This document shows positions 15,050 to 29,069 of a stretch of 64,000 nucleotides of DNA, piece after piece. Each line of letters starts with the position of its first letter. The stretch's first letter is position 1. Source of the DNA: Octopus vulgaris (taxonomy: Eukaryota); NCBI GenBank assembly GCA_951406725.2, contig OX597821.1:2542001-2606000 (forward strand). The letters are read 5' to 3'. The position numbers and the translations under genes were made by a program. The notes beneath the pieces were generated by a model. The model saw nothing but the letters and a program-made list of their open reading frames with translations. It ran no database searches and was not told the origin of the DNA.

Positions 15050-15699
15050 TTTATTCTTTCATTCTTTTATTCGTTTCAGTCATTTTGACTGCGACCATTC
15101 TGGAGGACCGCCTTTGGTCGAACAAATCGACCCCAGGACTTATTCTTTGTAAGCCTAGTACTTATTCTATCGGTCTCTCATGCCGTACTGCTAGGTTACG
15201 GGGACGTAAACACACCAACATCGATGTCAAGCGATGTTTGGGGGAGGACACACACACAAACATACGCACACACACACAGGCACACACACACGCACACACA
15301 CACACATACTAATCTCACGTTGGAGAGATGCACAACCATGAGACAAGCAACAGCAAATAGACATTAAGCCACCCTGACTTGGATTCAACAGAAGAGGAAC
15401 AAGTGCAATTTGCTCGAGTAAAAGCGGTACTCCAGCATGGCCGCAGTCAAAATGACTGAAACGAATAAAAGAATCAAAGAAATAAGTGTCCCTGCGAGGC
15501 GATTTTCTCTCTCCGTCTTCCCTCCCTTGGACCTTTTCTTTTTCTATGTTTCTGACGAAGAGCACCGCCCGAAACGTTAAATTCTCCTTCTTCCTTTCTT
15601 TCTTTCTTTCTTTCTTTCTTTCTATCCAGGGCGTCCAATAACACTATACTTGTTCCACGTCCTTGCGTTGTTGCGTTTCCTCTTTGTTCATGTTTGGAT

Positions 15700-15756
<57 letters not shown>

Positions 15757-15909
15757 GACGGGCTTCTTTCAGTTTCCGTCTACCAAATCCTCTCACAAAG
15801 CTTTGATCGGTCCGAGTCTATAGTAGAAGACACTTTCCCAAGTGGGACTGAACATGAAACCATGTGGTTGGTTAGCAAGATACTTACCACACAGCCACTC
15901 CTACGCCTA
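15050..15909 (-). mobile_element. SINE family A split by an insertion in its internal microsatellite
   Basis: Tail 15050-15310 and head 15756-15909, separated by the 15311-15704 insert plus (TA)n. Confidence 0.75.
15547..15583 (+). ncRNA. Minimal HHR motif in a short TA-abutting element (15495-15704)
   Basis: ttt-CTGACGA-agagcaccgccc-GAAA-cg-TTA-aat; palindromic AACGTT stem III. Paralog at 44772. Confidence 0.6.
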
Positions 15910-16080
15910 CAGGATCTGTGTAGAATTATCTTCTTTATTTCAACATCATAATCGTGTGTAATTGCTGTCCAATAAATACGAAACATAGTTATGCTCGAAA
16001 TATATTCTCCTCGTAATTCTCTATTGCTTTATTTTTTATGCCTTTGATATGTTTTCTGCACATTCAATATATCTTGTATG

Positions 16081-16260
16081 GAGGCACATGGCCTAGTGGT
16101 TAGAGCAGCGGACTCGCGGTCGAAGGATCACGGGTTGGAATCTTGCAGCTCACCTGCGACGGACCGGCGTCTCGTCCAAGTGGGGAACCTATACGACAAA
16201 ACAAAAACGATAAACCGGCTCTAATGAGCAAGGCATGGCTCGAGAAGGAACAGACAACAA
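16081..16260 (+). mobile_element. tRNA-derived SINE family B (internally deleted)
   Basis: A-box-like head TGGCCTAGTGGTTAGAGCAGCGGACTCGCG; tail shared with 39865-40162 and 50424-50670. Confidence 0.7.
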
Positions 16261-16495
16261 CATATCTTGTACGGCGTTATAAGTTATAAGTTTGACCTGT
16301 TGTCCTTTGCTGTTGTATTGAATCACAAGCTACACCGAACTCATTGAACTCTTTTTGAGCTTGTGAAAAAGAACAGCGTTCATGAAACTTGGAGGCCCCC
16401 CGAAACTAATGAGCTTGACGCCTCTAATATTCCATTTATATTGTTACCGTTTGCCACCAGCAAAAAAGACGCTTTTGTGCTGAAAGATCGATATA

Positions 16496-16880
16496 GGCGT
16501 AGGAGTGGCTGAGGAAAGTAGCTTGCTTAACAACCACATGGTTCTGGGTTCAGTCCCCCTCCGTGGCATCTTGGGCAAGTGTTTTCTACTAGAGCCTCGG
16601 GCCGATTAAAGCTTTGTGAGTGGACTTGGTAGACGGAAACTGAAAGAAGCCCGTCGTATATATATATGTTTGTATATGTTTGTGAGTCTGTCCCCCACCA
16701 ACATCGCTTGACAACCGATGCTGGTGTGTTTACGTCCCTGCAACTTAGCGGTTCGGCAAAAGAGACCGCTAGAATAAGTACTAGGCTTACAAAGAATAGG
16801 TCCTGGGGTCGATTGCTCGACTAAAGGCGGTGCTCCAGGATGGCCACAGTCACATGACTGAAACAAATAAAAGAGTAAAA
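16496..16880 (+). mobile_element. SINE family A
   Basis: Full head, CORE-like TTGGGCAAGT segment, internal microsatellite and tail. Confidence 0.85.
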
Positions 16881-18109
16881 AGTGTATAGTGGCTAGTACG
16901 AACAAAGTTGTGGGAGGATTCTACGTGGTCTTGTGAGCGACAGAGGCGAAGCCGAACAAGGTGTTTCAGTGTAGAAATTAAGATATTCGTCACGTACGAA
17001 GAACAGATGCCATTAGATTGAGCTGGACGTAGATTAGCTGTGCGACTCGGAGAAAGAAACTGTATTAAATTTATTTTCCAGAGTACAAGTTAATTTTCTC
17101 TAATATTCTAATGTAAGACTGATAAAACATTGTGTCTACTCGCTAGAGACAGTGTTTTATCTTTGTGAAAGTATTTCCGAATCGTTCAAAAGGATTTTAG
17201 TGTAGGGTTTATGGTGGAAATCAAATTGTTGGAGACTATTCCACTTCTACAGTTCTGTGCAAGATATTCAAGACATTTCTGATAGTCCCATTGCTGAACC
17301 CGTGTAGATATAACACCAACGCACTGCCTCTGCCAATCTCACAGAAATAACCACACGTAGACACACACATACATAAATGCATAAATATATGAATATATGT
17401 ATACATATATTTACACATATACACATATGCTTACATGTGGATGTGCGAGTGTATGTGCATGTATATATATATATATGTGCGTATATATATATATACGCAC
17501 ACATACACTCGCACATCCACATGTAAGTATATTCGTGTTTGTGTGGGCTTCAAATAAATATAGATTCTTTCTCGAATCTTCAATATTGAGAAAATATCCT
17601 TTGAAAACAGCATTTCATTTCAAAGACTCTATCGTAAATCCTTCGCTATTACATATGCAGGCCTTCACTTTAATATAAGCTTCAAAGCATATCCGGATTT
17701 TCGTCACAGAATCGGGTATGGATCTGAAGCTGCACGTATAAATGACAAGGATTCACGTGCAGTGGCTGCGATTCGGGAATTGATATGGAAAGAAGAACGT
17801 GTGCATATTGTATAAGAAGACTCAAAAGCTACTCCAGATATGAAATAAATTCACTTAATATCACATATGATGCGCAAATTTACGTGGTAAAGTATATTAA
17901 ATATAAAAATCAGTTGAGGAAAGAGCATTGAACTTTTACACATTGTTCATCTAATTTTGTTTGTATAATTCGTTTTCATTTTAAAATTTTTTGTTTGAAT
18001 TCACATTATAGAGGTTGTCGCTTTTCTTCCGGTAGAATGTTACCTGAACAACGCCAATGTATATATAATATATATACTCACACGTATATATAAATTGAAT
18101 ATAAAACTA

Positions 18110-18162
<53 letters not shown>

Positions 18163-18204
18163 TATGTCTTCATACATATATGCACATATGTATATATAAA
18201 TTTA

Positions 18205-18245
<41 letters not shown>

Positions 18246-18297
18246 GTCTCTATATATGTACACAAACACACACACACACACACACACTTATTTATAT

Positions 18298-18361
<64 letters not shown>

Positions 18362-19179
18362 GCTTTATGTTAGTAAAAATTAAACTAAAATTATTAGATC
18401 CGTGCGAGTTCAACGGGGATTTCTTAAACAAATTTTAAATGATTTTGGGAAGCCTTATGCTCCCCGTGTTATGTTGATTCACTCTGAATTCTTTCCTGAG
18501 AATACGGTACATGCTGAGCTGCATAACATTTGCCAAAGAAAGATAGGAATGATTGAATATAAAAATAAGTCCATTAATTAAAATTAAAACAACAGATAAC
18601 AAAGGTAAAATAATATTTTGCTCTCCATATTTTTGTTTACATTTAACGAAAACATGTTTTCCTGTGAATCGCATAGAATACAGCATGCTACTTTAAAAGC
18701 GTCAATTTTCTAATCATTAATTTTGTAATTACTATTGCAGTGTTCCAGGTTTAAGGAAATTTAAGAAAAATATTGTTCCATTTTCTGAGAATATGGAAGG
18801 CGTCAGGAAATATTCGCCGTTTAAATCATTCGTCAACGAATATGAAAGTGTGTACAATATCAACACTGTAATACGCTAATATATATATGTATGTGTGTGT
18901 GTGTGTGTGTGTGTATGCATATGTATACATAAACATATGCATATATATGTGTATATATGTATATATATAGTCTTTACTTGTTTCAGGGATTTGACTGCGC
19001 CCATGCTGGAGTACCACGTTTAGTCGCGCAAATCGACCCCGAGACTTATTATTTGTAAGCCCAGTACTTACTCTATCGGTCTCTTTTGCCGAACCGCTAG
19101 GTGACAGGGACGTAAACACACCGGCATCGGTTGTCAAGCAATGCTAGGGGGACAAACACAGACACACAAACACACATAT

Positions 19180-19222
<43 letters not shown>

Positions 19223-19231
<9 letters not shown>

Positions 19232-19741
19232 ATTAGAGACAAAACCACTATTAGACAAATCAAACAATGAAAAACTTAAGCCAATACATAAGATTATTTA
19301 ATTTATATTATTTAATTTATATTATTTAAATATATAACAAAATTATTAAAAAATATAATTAATATCACACTACGATCGTTTCATGCCTGCTAAATTCTTC
19401 AAATTTTTTAGTCGCAGTCATTCATCAGGTGGTTTAAATATTTATCTTGGCGAGATAAATATTTAAACCACCTGATGAATGACTGCGACTCAAAAATTTG
19501 TAGAAGTTAGCATGCATGAAACGATCGTAGTGTGATATTAATTATACTTTTTAATAATTTAGTTATATATTTAAATAATATAACTTAAATAATCTTATGT
19601 ATTGGCTTAAGTTTTTCATTGTTTGATTTGCCCAATATTGGTTTTGTCTCTAATTTAATATAATATAATATTTTACTATAAAATTGGATTCAATCCTAAA
19701 TCTGATTTTTCCCTCTAAGTTTGGATTTATTCCTTAATATT

Positions 19742-19745
<4 letters not shown>
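19223..19745. mobile_element. Fold-back Penelope-like 3' end with two inverted HHRs, flanked by (TA)n
   Basis: Arms ~19223-19447 and ~19453-19660 with a ~5-nt loop; right arm continues ~85 nt to (TA)n. Confidence 0.8.
19469..19532 (+). ncRNA. Type I hammerhead ribozyme motif (mirror copy 19368-19431, minus strand)
   Basis: cac-CTGATGA-atgactgc...gcatgcat-GAAA-cgatcg-TA-gtg: intact core, 3-bp stem I, palindromic stem III. Confidence 0.75.
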
Positions 19746-19790
<45 letters not shown>

Positions 19791-19990
19791 TACGACAGGC
19801 TTCTTTCAGTTTCGTCTACCAAATCCATTCACAAGGTATTGGTCGGCCCGAGGCTATAGCAGAAGACACTTGCCCAAGATTCCACGCAGTGGGACTGAAC
19901 CCGGAACCATGTAGTTGGTAAGCAAGCTACTTACCACACAGCCACTCCTGCGCCTGCATATGTGTGTATGTATATATAAATGTATGTATA

Positions 19991-20023
<33 letters not shown>

Positions 20024-20289
20024 GTGTCTATATATGTTTGTGTGTCTGTGTTCGTCCCGCCAATATTACGATGGTAGTTGGTTTAGGCCTCGCAACTCAG
20101 CAGCTGGGCAAAAGAGACCAATATAATGAGTACTAGGCTTACAAAGAATTAGTCCAGGGGTCGATTAGATCGACTAAAAGCGGTGCTCCAGCATGGCCAC
20201 ATTGAAATGACTCAAACAAATAAAAGGGTTAAAAGCGTAAGAGTATATATATATATATATATATATACAGATCCAGAATATAGGATATT

Positions 20290-20640
20290 GGCAATCACAT
20301 CTTGTCACATTTCTCTATTCTATGTTTTTTGTAACAGTTGCGCATTCTGATGGTTCATACCTCTGTCCAACAGTTTCGTCAAGATCAACGTCAACATGAT
20401 CCTTGTCCTTCTTCATTTACTTTTCCCTTCAATACTTCCGACCATCGCCAAATGTTCCAGGCCCGATTAATCTATTTGATCAGAAAGACATTTTAGTTTC
20501 TTGGACCTTATCGTACGAAGTAGTTTCTTAGAGTCATCACTTCTGCATTAGATAGTTTATACGTTTATGCTATCCCCAAATTTCTCTTTAATAAACATAT
20601 TGCACAGCACTTTAAACATATTCTCATTTCTAATGTGATA
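20290..20640 (-). pseudogene. Old RTE-like LINE RT C-terminal fragment
   Basis: Minus-strand translation KLSNAEV...LLRTIRSKKLK...GLEHLAMVGSIEGK resembles the RTE 'NEEVL...GKIEGKR' terminus. Confidence 0.5.
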
Positions 20641-20828
20641 GACCATACCTCAATTCTGTGATTTGACACACAGTTGACGTAGCAGTTCAAAATACGGATC
20701 TCTGGTCTTGATGATCACAGTACGATCTCTCATGATGGCATGCAGTTTTGATGAAGATTGTTGCAAGCGTTATTCGGCTTTGATCTTCTCCTCCCCCCAC
20801 AAATCCACTCATATATATAGATATACAT

Positions 20829-20891
<63 letters not shown>

Positions 20892-21008
20892 CACATACAT
20901 ATATATATATATATACATATCTATAAAATATTCATATTTATATATATATATATATACATAAATATATACGTACATATATATACATACATTATAGATATAC
21001 ATATATAT

Positions 21009-21068
<60 letters not shown>

Positions 21069-21840
21069 ATATATATATATATATATATTATATTATTATA
21101 TTATGTTATAATATATATTATGTTATGTGTATATATATATTATATTATGTATGTATATATATAATTATGCCAAGGAGCTATAATCCTTTAAGGGATGTTT
21201 GCATCTTAGTTCTCCGGTCTATACCAGTGTTCAGGGAAAAACTAAATGCGTTATTTTTCCATTGATGTATATTGGTATTTATGATATTTATGAATGAGAA
21301 AAGGAAGAAAATGAAGAAATTGACTATAGACACCAGTTTACTCAAAGATATTCAAAACACTGCAATATGAAGTTCTTATCGTTACAGCCGTTTCCCTTAA
21401 TTCAATTAGAGGAATTAGATAAAATTAAATTAGTTTAAAATTTTCGTATTGAAACTGATTCATACGGTCATCAGTGGAGAATTTCAAGAAAGAAGTTACA
21501 TACCAAAGTGTTGGTTGAGCCTTGACAGACTGAGTCTGACAAGGGTCCACCAACACCTTGAGCAAGACACTTTACTTCATGTTGCTCCAGTTCACTCAGC
21601 TGTGGTAATGAGTTGCGACGTCACTGGTGCCAAGCTGTATCGACCCCTTTGACTTTCCCTTGAACATCATTCGTGAAGAGCGGAGGCTTTTTTGCATGGG
21701 TGGCTACTGGTCTTCCATAAATATCCTCTCCCAGACTTGTGCCTCGGAGGGAAACGTTATAGGTGCAATCCCGTGGTCATTCATGACAGAAGCGGGTTTT
21801 TACCCTTATCTCCTTGCCTGTTTATGCATGAATGTATATA

Positions 21841-21898
<58 letters not shown>

Positions 21899-22624
21899 CA
21901 TATATATATGTATATGCATAGATGCATGTATGTGTTCCCCTGGAAATATTAATCTGTATGCTAAATTAATATTCTCTTCTCACTCTGTAGTAGAACTGCT
22001 AATAGTATGTATAGACGTATATGTGGAATGATTGGACAGGAGGAAAACCTTGCTGGCTTCAAATTCTTGTAACTGACAAACCTTAGAAACTCCTTGCAAT
22101 GTGCATATTTACTTATGCTTATAGGTGTGTGTGTGTACTATATAAATTTAAATTAAGTCCCTTAGATTTCGAAAGCATAGGCTACCATCACTATGAAGTA
22201 CTTTACGTTACATTTTGGATCATTATAATATTCCACGCTAGTAGGGAGTTAGTTTTGGCAGAAAAAATTTCAGTGTCTGTGGATTGCCAGGTTTTCCTGG
22301 GAAGAATTTTCTTGGCATATTTGGAACTTTCTTGGCTCTTTTTGTATTCTTATTGAATTCGAAACAATAATGAATGGAACAAAGAAAAATGAGATAAAAA
22401 GGAATGCGCCGTGTGATCGTGTTCTGAATTCGATTTTGCATCGAGGCTTATGATGACGTCTTTCAGCATTTTGAGTTTTTCACGCTAAATGTTAAAAGCG
22501 ATTTATCAACGTTGATGTGATATTGTGAACTGTGGCGAATTCATTGATTTTTATATAAATTTACTGGCGCTCGCAATCATCCAAGACGTGAAGCAAATAT
22601 ATATATATATATATATAAAATATA

Positions 22625-22704
<80 letters not shown>

Positions 22705-22706
<2 letters not shown>

Positions 22707-22949
22707 TACTTGCATGGCAAGGGATTTGAGCTGAGATCGTGTGCTGAAACGAAAACAATTGCAGCGTGGAAGGTGTTTGTCAGCCATTTAAGAAACACAC
22801 AAAAGCTGTTCGATTCACTTCAACATTTAAGTTTAATTTGTCAAAATATTTTCGTCGCTTTAAGACCGCGACCTGTTCACTGACAAAAATCCGTGCTTCA
22901 TCTCCGTGTGTTTCTTAAATGGCTTACACACACTTTCCCCGCTGCAATT

Positions 22950-22953
<4 letters not shown>
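22705..22953 (-). mobile_element. Short microsatellite-flanked element with 48-bp inverted repeat enclosing an HHR
   Basis: IR 22753-22800 / 22906-22953; flanked by (GA)n and (TA)n. Confidence 0.7.
22837..22887 (-). ncRNA. HHR with G3-C8 swapped core
   Basis: tttgtca-GTGAACA-g-gtcgc-ggtcttaaa-gcgac-GAAA-atat-TT-tgacaaa: 7-bp stem I, 5-bp stem II, palindromic AATATT stem III. Confidence 0.7.
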
Positions 22954-23038
<85 letters not shown>

Positions 23039-23369
23039 AATATATATACATACATACATATATATATATGCATATATATATACATATATATACAAACATA
23101 TATATATAAAACTATAAAATTTCGTATTTACTTATATGGTTCATATAATTATCGTCCGAGATGTAATAAGAATTGTAATCTTCTGGTCACTAGGAGAGGC
23201 AATGGTGTATAATCTGCCTCCATGTTATGTAAAGAGGGAGATAGTATATAATCCTACGTAGAATGCAGGAAATTCCATGGTACATATTATCACTTCACCT
23301 CTTTGACAATATCCCCAAACAGTATCAGAATTATGTATGTGCGAATGTGTGTGTGTGTGTGTAACTATT

Positions 23370-23527
23370 ACTTAACCACTCTCTCACACATCTCACATCT
23401 ATTTTCTCTCCTCCACCTCACTCTCTATAATAAATATCCAGGAAACAGCTGTAGGACATTCTCTCTATAAATGTTCTAAAATCTACAAAGCCTTGGTTTT
23501 TTTATCTCATTAAGAAAAAAATCATTA
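23370..23527 (+). mobile_element. Deleted copy of the 47685-48010 HHR element
   Basis: Shares CTCACTCT...AATATCC-GAAACAGCTGTA-GAC..TCT.TCTATAAATG; the CCGATGA half is deleted; ends at (TA)n. Confidence 0.6.
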
Positions 23528-23545
23528 TATATATATGTATGCATG

Positions 23546-23616
<71 letters not shown>

Positions 23617-23655
23617 CTATCTATCTATCTATCTATATATCTATCTATCTATCTA

Positions 23656-23711
<56 letters not shown>

Positions 23712-24109
23712 AAAAAATTAAGATATATACAATTAAGACCTATTCCTATGCATGTTTAACCACTGCAGTGATTTAGGACCCAGCATTCAATGTTCCAAAT
23801 GCATTGGAATTCCTTAAATCATTTGATGAACAGGTGACAGTTTACGTAATTCAAAATCCTTAAGAGCGTTCCCCTTATGATCCGTTGCATATACGAATCA
23901 AAATGAAGTTGAAACATCCTACAAGAATTTCAATAGAACTGTAATGGTGAGACGTACGTAGGATCTAACAATTTATATTTATATTTATCTTACTGTTCGC
24001 AACATATGCTATGTATATCGTAACTAGCAATATTACTAATCACCATATTGGAATGTAACTGGATAATAGATCTAGCTTCACATAAAACACTCATACACCC
24101 ACCCACACA

Positions 24110-24468
24110 CTCTTTTACTCTTTTAATTGTTTCAGTCTTTTAACTGTGGTCATGCTGGAGCACCGCCTTTAGTTGAGCAAATCACCCCCAGGACTTATTC
24201 TATCGGTCTCTTTTTCCGAACCGCTAAGTTGTCAAAGCGATGTTGGGGGAACAGACACCGACACGCAAATATACACACACACACAAATATATATACATAT
24301 ATACGATGGGCTTCTTTCAGTTTCTATCTAGCAAATCCACTCACAAGTCTTTGGTCGGCCTGAGGCTATAGTAGAAGTCACTTGCCCAAGGTGCCACGCA
24401 GAGGGACTGAACCCGGAACCGTGCGTTTGGTAAGCAAACTACTTACCACACACCCACTCCTACGCCTA
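24110..24468 (-). mobile_element. SINE family A
   Basis: Head and tail match, with internal deletions. Confidence 0.85.
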
Positions 24469-24696
24469 CGTATATAATATACGCCTAAGCCTATATTACA
24501 TACGTACATATATAAGTATGTAATATAAAGATGTACATATATAGTCAAACCTATCTGAACATAGATGAAGGAAAACGAAATTCGTGACTCATATTTATAG
24601 AATCCTGCAAGGAAAGTATTTGCTAATATGTTCTGATGTCTGTGAAACCATTTATAAATCGCCATAGCGTAACAGTCTATTTGACAAAATATATAT

Positions 24697-25118
24697 TCTC
24701 TTTCTCTTTTCTCTTTTACTTGTTTCAGTCATTTGACTGCGGCCATGCTGGAGCATCGCCTTTAGTCGAGCAAATCGACCCCGGGACTTATTCTTTGTAA
24801 GTCCAGTACTTATTCTATCGGTCTCTTTTGCCGAACCGCTAAGTGACGGGGACGTAAACACACCAGCATCGGTTGTCAAGCAATGCTAGGGGTACAAACA
24901 CAGACACACAAACACACACACGCATATATATATATATATATATATACATATATACGACAGGCTTCTTTCAGTTTCCGTCTACCAAATCCACTCACAAGGC
25001 ATTGGTCGGCCCGGGGCTATAGCAAAAGACACTTGCCCAAGATGCCACGCAGTGGGACTGAACCCGGAACCATGTGGTTGGTTAGCAAGCTACTTACCAC
25101 ACAGCCACTCCTGCGCCT
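24697..25118 (-). mobile_element. SINE family A (young, complete)
   Basis: Nearly identical to the 30602-31005 copy in opposite orientation. Confidence 0.9.
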
Positions 25119-25919
25119 ATAATTATTTATTTGCAAAACTAAATACTCTGGAGTCGCAATCTCTTCTTAAATCTCTTCTTACGTTTAGGAATCGAGTGTA
25201 TTGTAAAAGTAGGTCGTCTGAAGGGCAGAACTTCTCTCCAAAGACGAAATACCACAGCGATTAACAGAATCAGGTGGGAATCTGGCAAAGCATATTAGGA
25301 ATATAGCTGTAAACCTAGTTTTTGATTGTCGCTCTTCTCTGTGCATATGAGGACTTATGAAATCTTTCTCTGTTGGCAAAACAGAATCCTGAAAATTCAA
25401 CACATGGATACAATAAACTTGAATGCAGAACGCATAAAATCTGGAATTTAGCGATAATCAGTGTTAAATAAGGCGATGAGAATTCATAAGCGTTACAATA
25501 TCATTTGTATGATCCTTTGTTGCAATTTATACAAACGCTTCAGTAACCCGTCAGTATAATGACATCATTCAGAATATGAGGCCGATAAGATGAGATATAC
25601 TTAATAGACATGCCAAACGTTATCGTTTTAAAATAAGCATAAATGGAGAAATAGCGAAATTTGTGATTGTGAAATTTGCAAATTCTTCAGTATGCACGCA
25701 TAAACGATTTACATATGAAAATTTTCGCAATTTTGTTCATATCAATATATGAATGTATGCATATAAGGCAGCATGTAGGCATTTATATACGTATGTATTA
25801 TGCAGTCTGTGAATTATATGTATGTATAATGTGTATGCATGTATTATATGTATATATTGTGCATACATATTTGTAGACACACACATGTACACAAATATAA
25901 CATATATACAAAAATTAAC

Positions 25920-26009
<90 letters not shown>

Positions 26010-26079
26010 CATATACACGTATGCATGAGTGCATATATAAAACATATCTATATGCATATTTAAAAATGTGTGTGCGTAT

Positions 26080-26119
<40 letters not shown>

Positions 26120-27387
26120 ATGTGTGTGTGTTTGTATGTACGTACGCATGCATATATGATCCGCACAAAAAAGCATATGAGCATAGTTATAAATGTGAAC
26201 TGCATATCTTTGAAGTATGACATTTTGAAAGCATAAATTTTGCTGATTTAATAAAAAAAATATTATCTAAATATTTTAAAATTTATAGTTTCTATTGACA
26301 TTACAAAGATATATATATATCCATATATTAATTGTTCTGCAGTTCTGTGTATATTTCCAATTATTAATATATATATCAATGTACATATAAACCGTAAACC
26401 CAGAGACATGCAAGCAATCGCAGTCATAATGGTGCCTCCTTACAAAAGGTACACACACGCACACACATACGCACACACACGCACAAAAACACACACAAGT
26501 GCTTCTTCAGGTGTGCATATATACACTATAGGATATAAATATGTATGGATATATTATTTAGGAAGAATAATTTTGCAGTGAACGACGAGATCCTTGTTAT
26601 ATTTCATACATTATAAAAGTCATACGTACACAGATTAACACTTACCCATTTGTCATCCACCACCCGAGAAACACGCACAAACACACGCACCCATAAGCAC
26701 ACATCGTTACTTGTTTTGACTATATATGCACTTATATATAAATGTTGCGGAGGAGAAGACGATGTAGTTATTAAAAATGATTGTCATGTATGGCATTCTA
26801 ACACAAAAGGGGACTCTTAACATGTCCCTGATAAAAAAAAAGAAAAAAATGAAAAATAAAAATATTCAACCCTTGCTGACAAAACCGATAATCTCTCTTC
26901 CTTATGATTAGCATACTGTGTATTCTCTTCATCAAACGAATATATTGAATGTTTATAGCTTTTGTGAGAAGGTAAACATATAAACAAGCTATTAATAACA
27001 AAAAGCAAAAAAAGAAAACCACTTACACATAAGGCTCTGGCATTAAGGGCCTTTTATGCATTTAGCAACACATTCCAGGTATTATTATGCCTTTATATTT
27101 TTTCAGGGCATAACTTGACTAGGGGTTTCTCTATGTATGAAAAATAAATAGCCTCACCGATCAAATACATTGTAAGAAGAGTTAGTTGTCGGTCGATATG
27201 CAAAGTCATATTAAACGAACGCCATCAGCAGGAGATTATATTGTTTCCAAATATTATGCAGATCTGTGATTTCGCCATCACATCCCTTTTCAATGTGAAG
27301 CGTTTTGTTTACAAAAATACAGATAAAAAAGTATAAAATTTCAAATTATAATAATTGCTATTGTTTTTAGTTTTTGTTTCTCCTTAC

Positions 27388-27500
<113 letters not shown>

Positions 27501-29069
27501 TTTGGATATTATCATCAAAATTATTATTATCGATATTGTTATTATTATCATCACGATCATCATTATTATGGAGTTATTTTTATTATCATTACTATTTTGG
27601 TTTTTATTGCTATCATTATCGTTATTATTATCGCTGTTGTTGCTATTGTTTATATAGCTTTCGTTATTTTGATGTGACAAAAATACGTTTGAAGGAAGAA
27701 TAAAATCTGTGACAACAAATTTGTAATATAATTTATGCATTTTCAAAGAGAGTATGGAAACAAGGAATTAGCGGTTAGAGTTATTCACCGAGGACCGCTC
27801 TGTTTCTTTTTACCTGCAGTTAATCTCCCTCGCCCCTCACACACAAACTACACAAGTAAGGAGATTAGCAACAAATGCAGTATCAGTAATTTCAATTACG
27901 GGTCAAGGCTGCAGACTTCCTGGGAGCGTGTTATTTAATTATATCTACGCAAGTACTTCACTTCACTGCACCCTAACAGAAGTCAAAAATCCAACCGAGC
28001 AGTTCTTATATCTAAAAAGGTAAAAAGGTGGAACAAACAATGGAAGTTATTTCATCCATTGCTGTAACTCTTCTGCTAGTTCAATGTCTTAAATATATTA
28101 ATTGAAACGTTTAGTGTAAAGCATAATATTCGTTGAAGGGATTAATCAATAAACATCAACTGTTCTTGATATATATTCTATCAAATTTAGGAGGATGAAA
28201 GGTGAAGGTGACATCAGTCAGATTTGAACTCAGAATGGTTTCGTCATAAAATCGTTATAATCAAGGTGGATAACGAACAACTTTGCAATAACTTTTTAAG
28301 TCAGATATCAGCAGAACAGATCAATCGCGTTCGTATTTCAATATTTAATAGTAAACAGGGATGTAGCTGAACGGATTTCAGTAAATTGCTTGAAGCAAAA
28401 CTGAATATTTCAACATTATTCTTCCATCCATCAAAAAGTTAGATTTGTCAATAACAGTCGTACACTCAGTTTAGTGAACTAAGCACCATGTGTTATATAA
28501 CTTTTATGCAAACAAAATTTAGGGAAATTGCTGTAATCATAGAACTATGCACGTTATTTAAATTTAGTTTTAATTGATGCAGTGATCACCAATATCCGCA
28601 TAAGATTTGTTTTGGAACAGTATTGTATAAAACATCCTTATAGCTTCTTCACAACAGTGTATCTGATTATTCAGCTTTAGAAGGAGAACGCTGCAATTAT
28701 ATTAGATCTTTTACAGGTAAAGCAGTTTGGTGCCCGTAGCTGGTCTTCCAGAAACTTCACAGCAGATGTAGAGGTGTAACATTTACTAGTTATAGTGGAT
28801 GCTCTTCAAAGAGGTTTGAATGGTAAGATATATATATATATATATCTATTTTTTATAAAAAGCCCTTCTTCTAAGCAGTTCTGTGATGCAAAAAATATAC
28901 TAGAGTCACAAATATATAGTTGGTATTAGATTTTTGAGTAAACTGCTAGAGAAAGCGTTCGCTATATCCATGTATAAAGAAAATGCTCGTGATTTATTAC
29001 GGCTTCTTAGATTCATGTTTTTCAAACAGATAAACAAAAATATGTTCCATAAAACTTAGATCAGAGATT

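Larger units (their letters stand above)
18968..19957 (-). mobile_element. SINE family A carrying a palindromic insertion in its (TA)n
   Basis: Tail 18968-19185, head 19792-19955. Confidence 0.85.

Noticed and set aside
16081-16145. tRNA-like sequences (also 40090-40160, 50424, 56100)
   Set aside because: SINE heads; no complete cloverleaf and they continue into SINE body.
21375-21476. Minus-strand CTGATGA and a distant GAAACGGCTGTA
   Set aside because: Stems do not close convincingly; at most a disrupted HHR relic.
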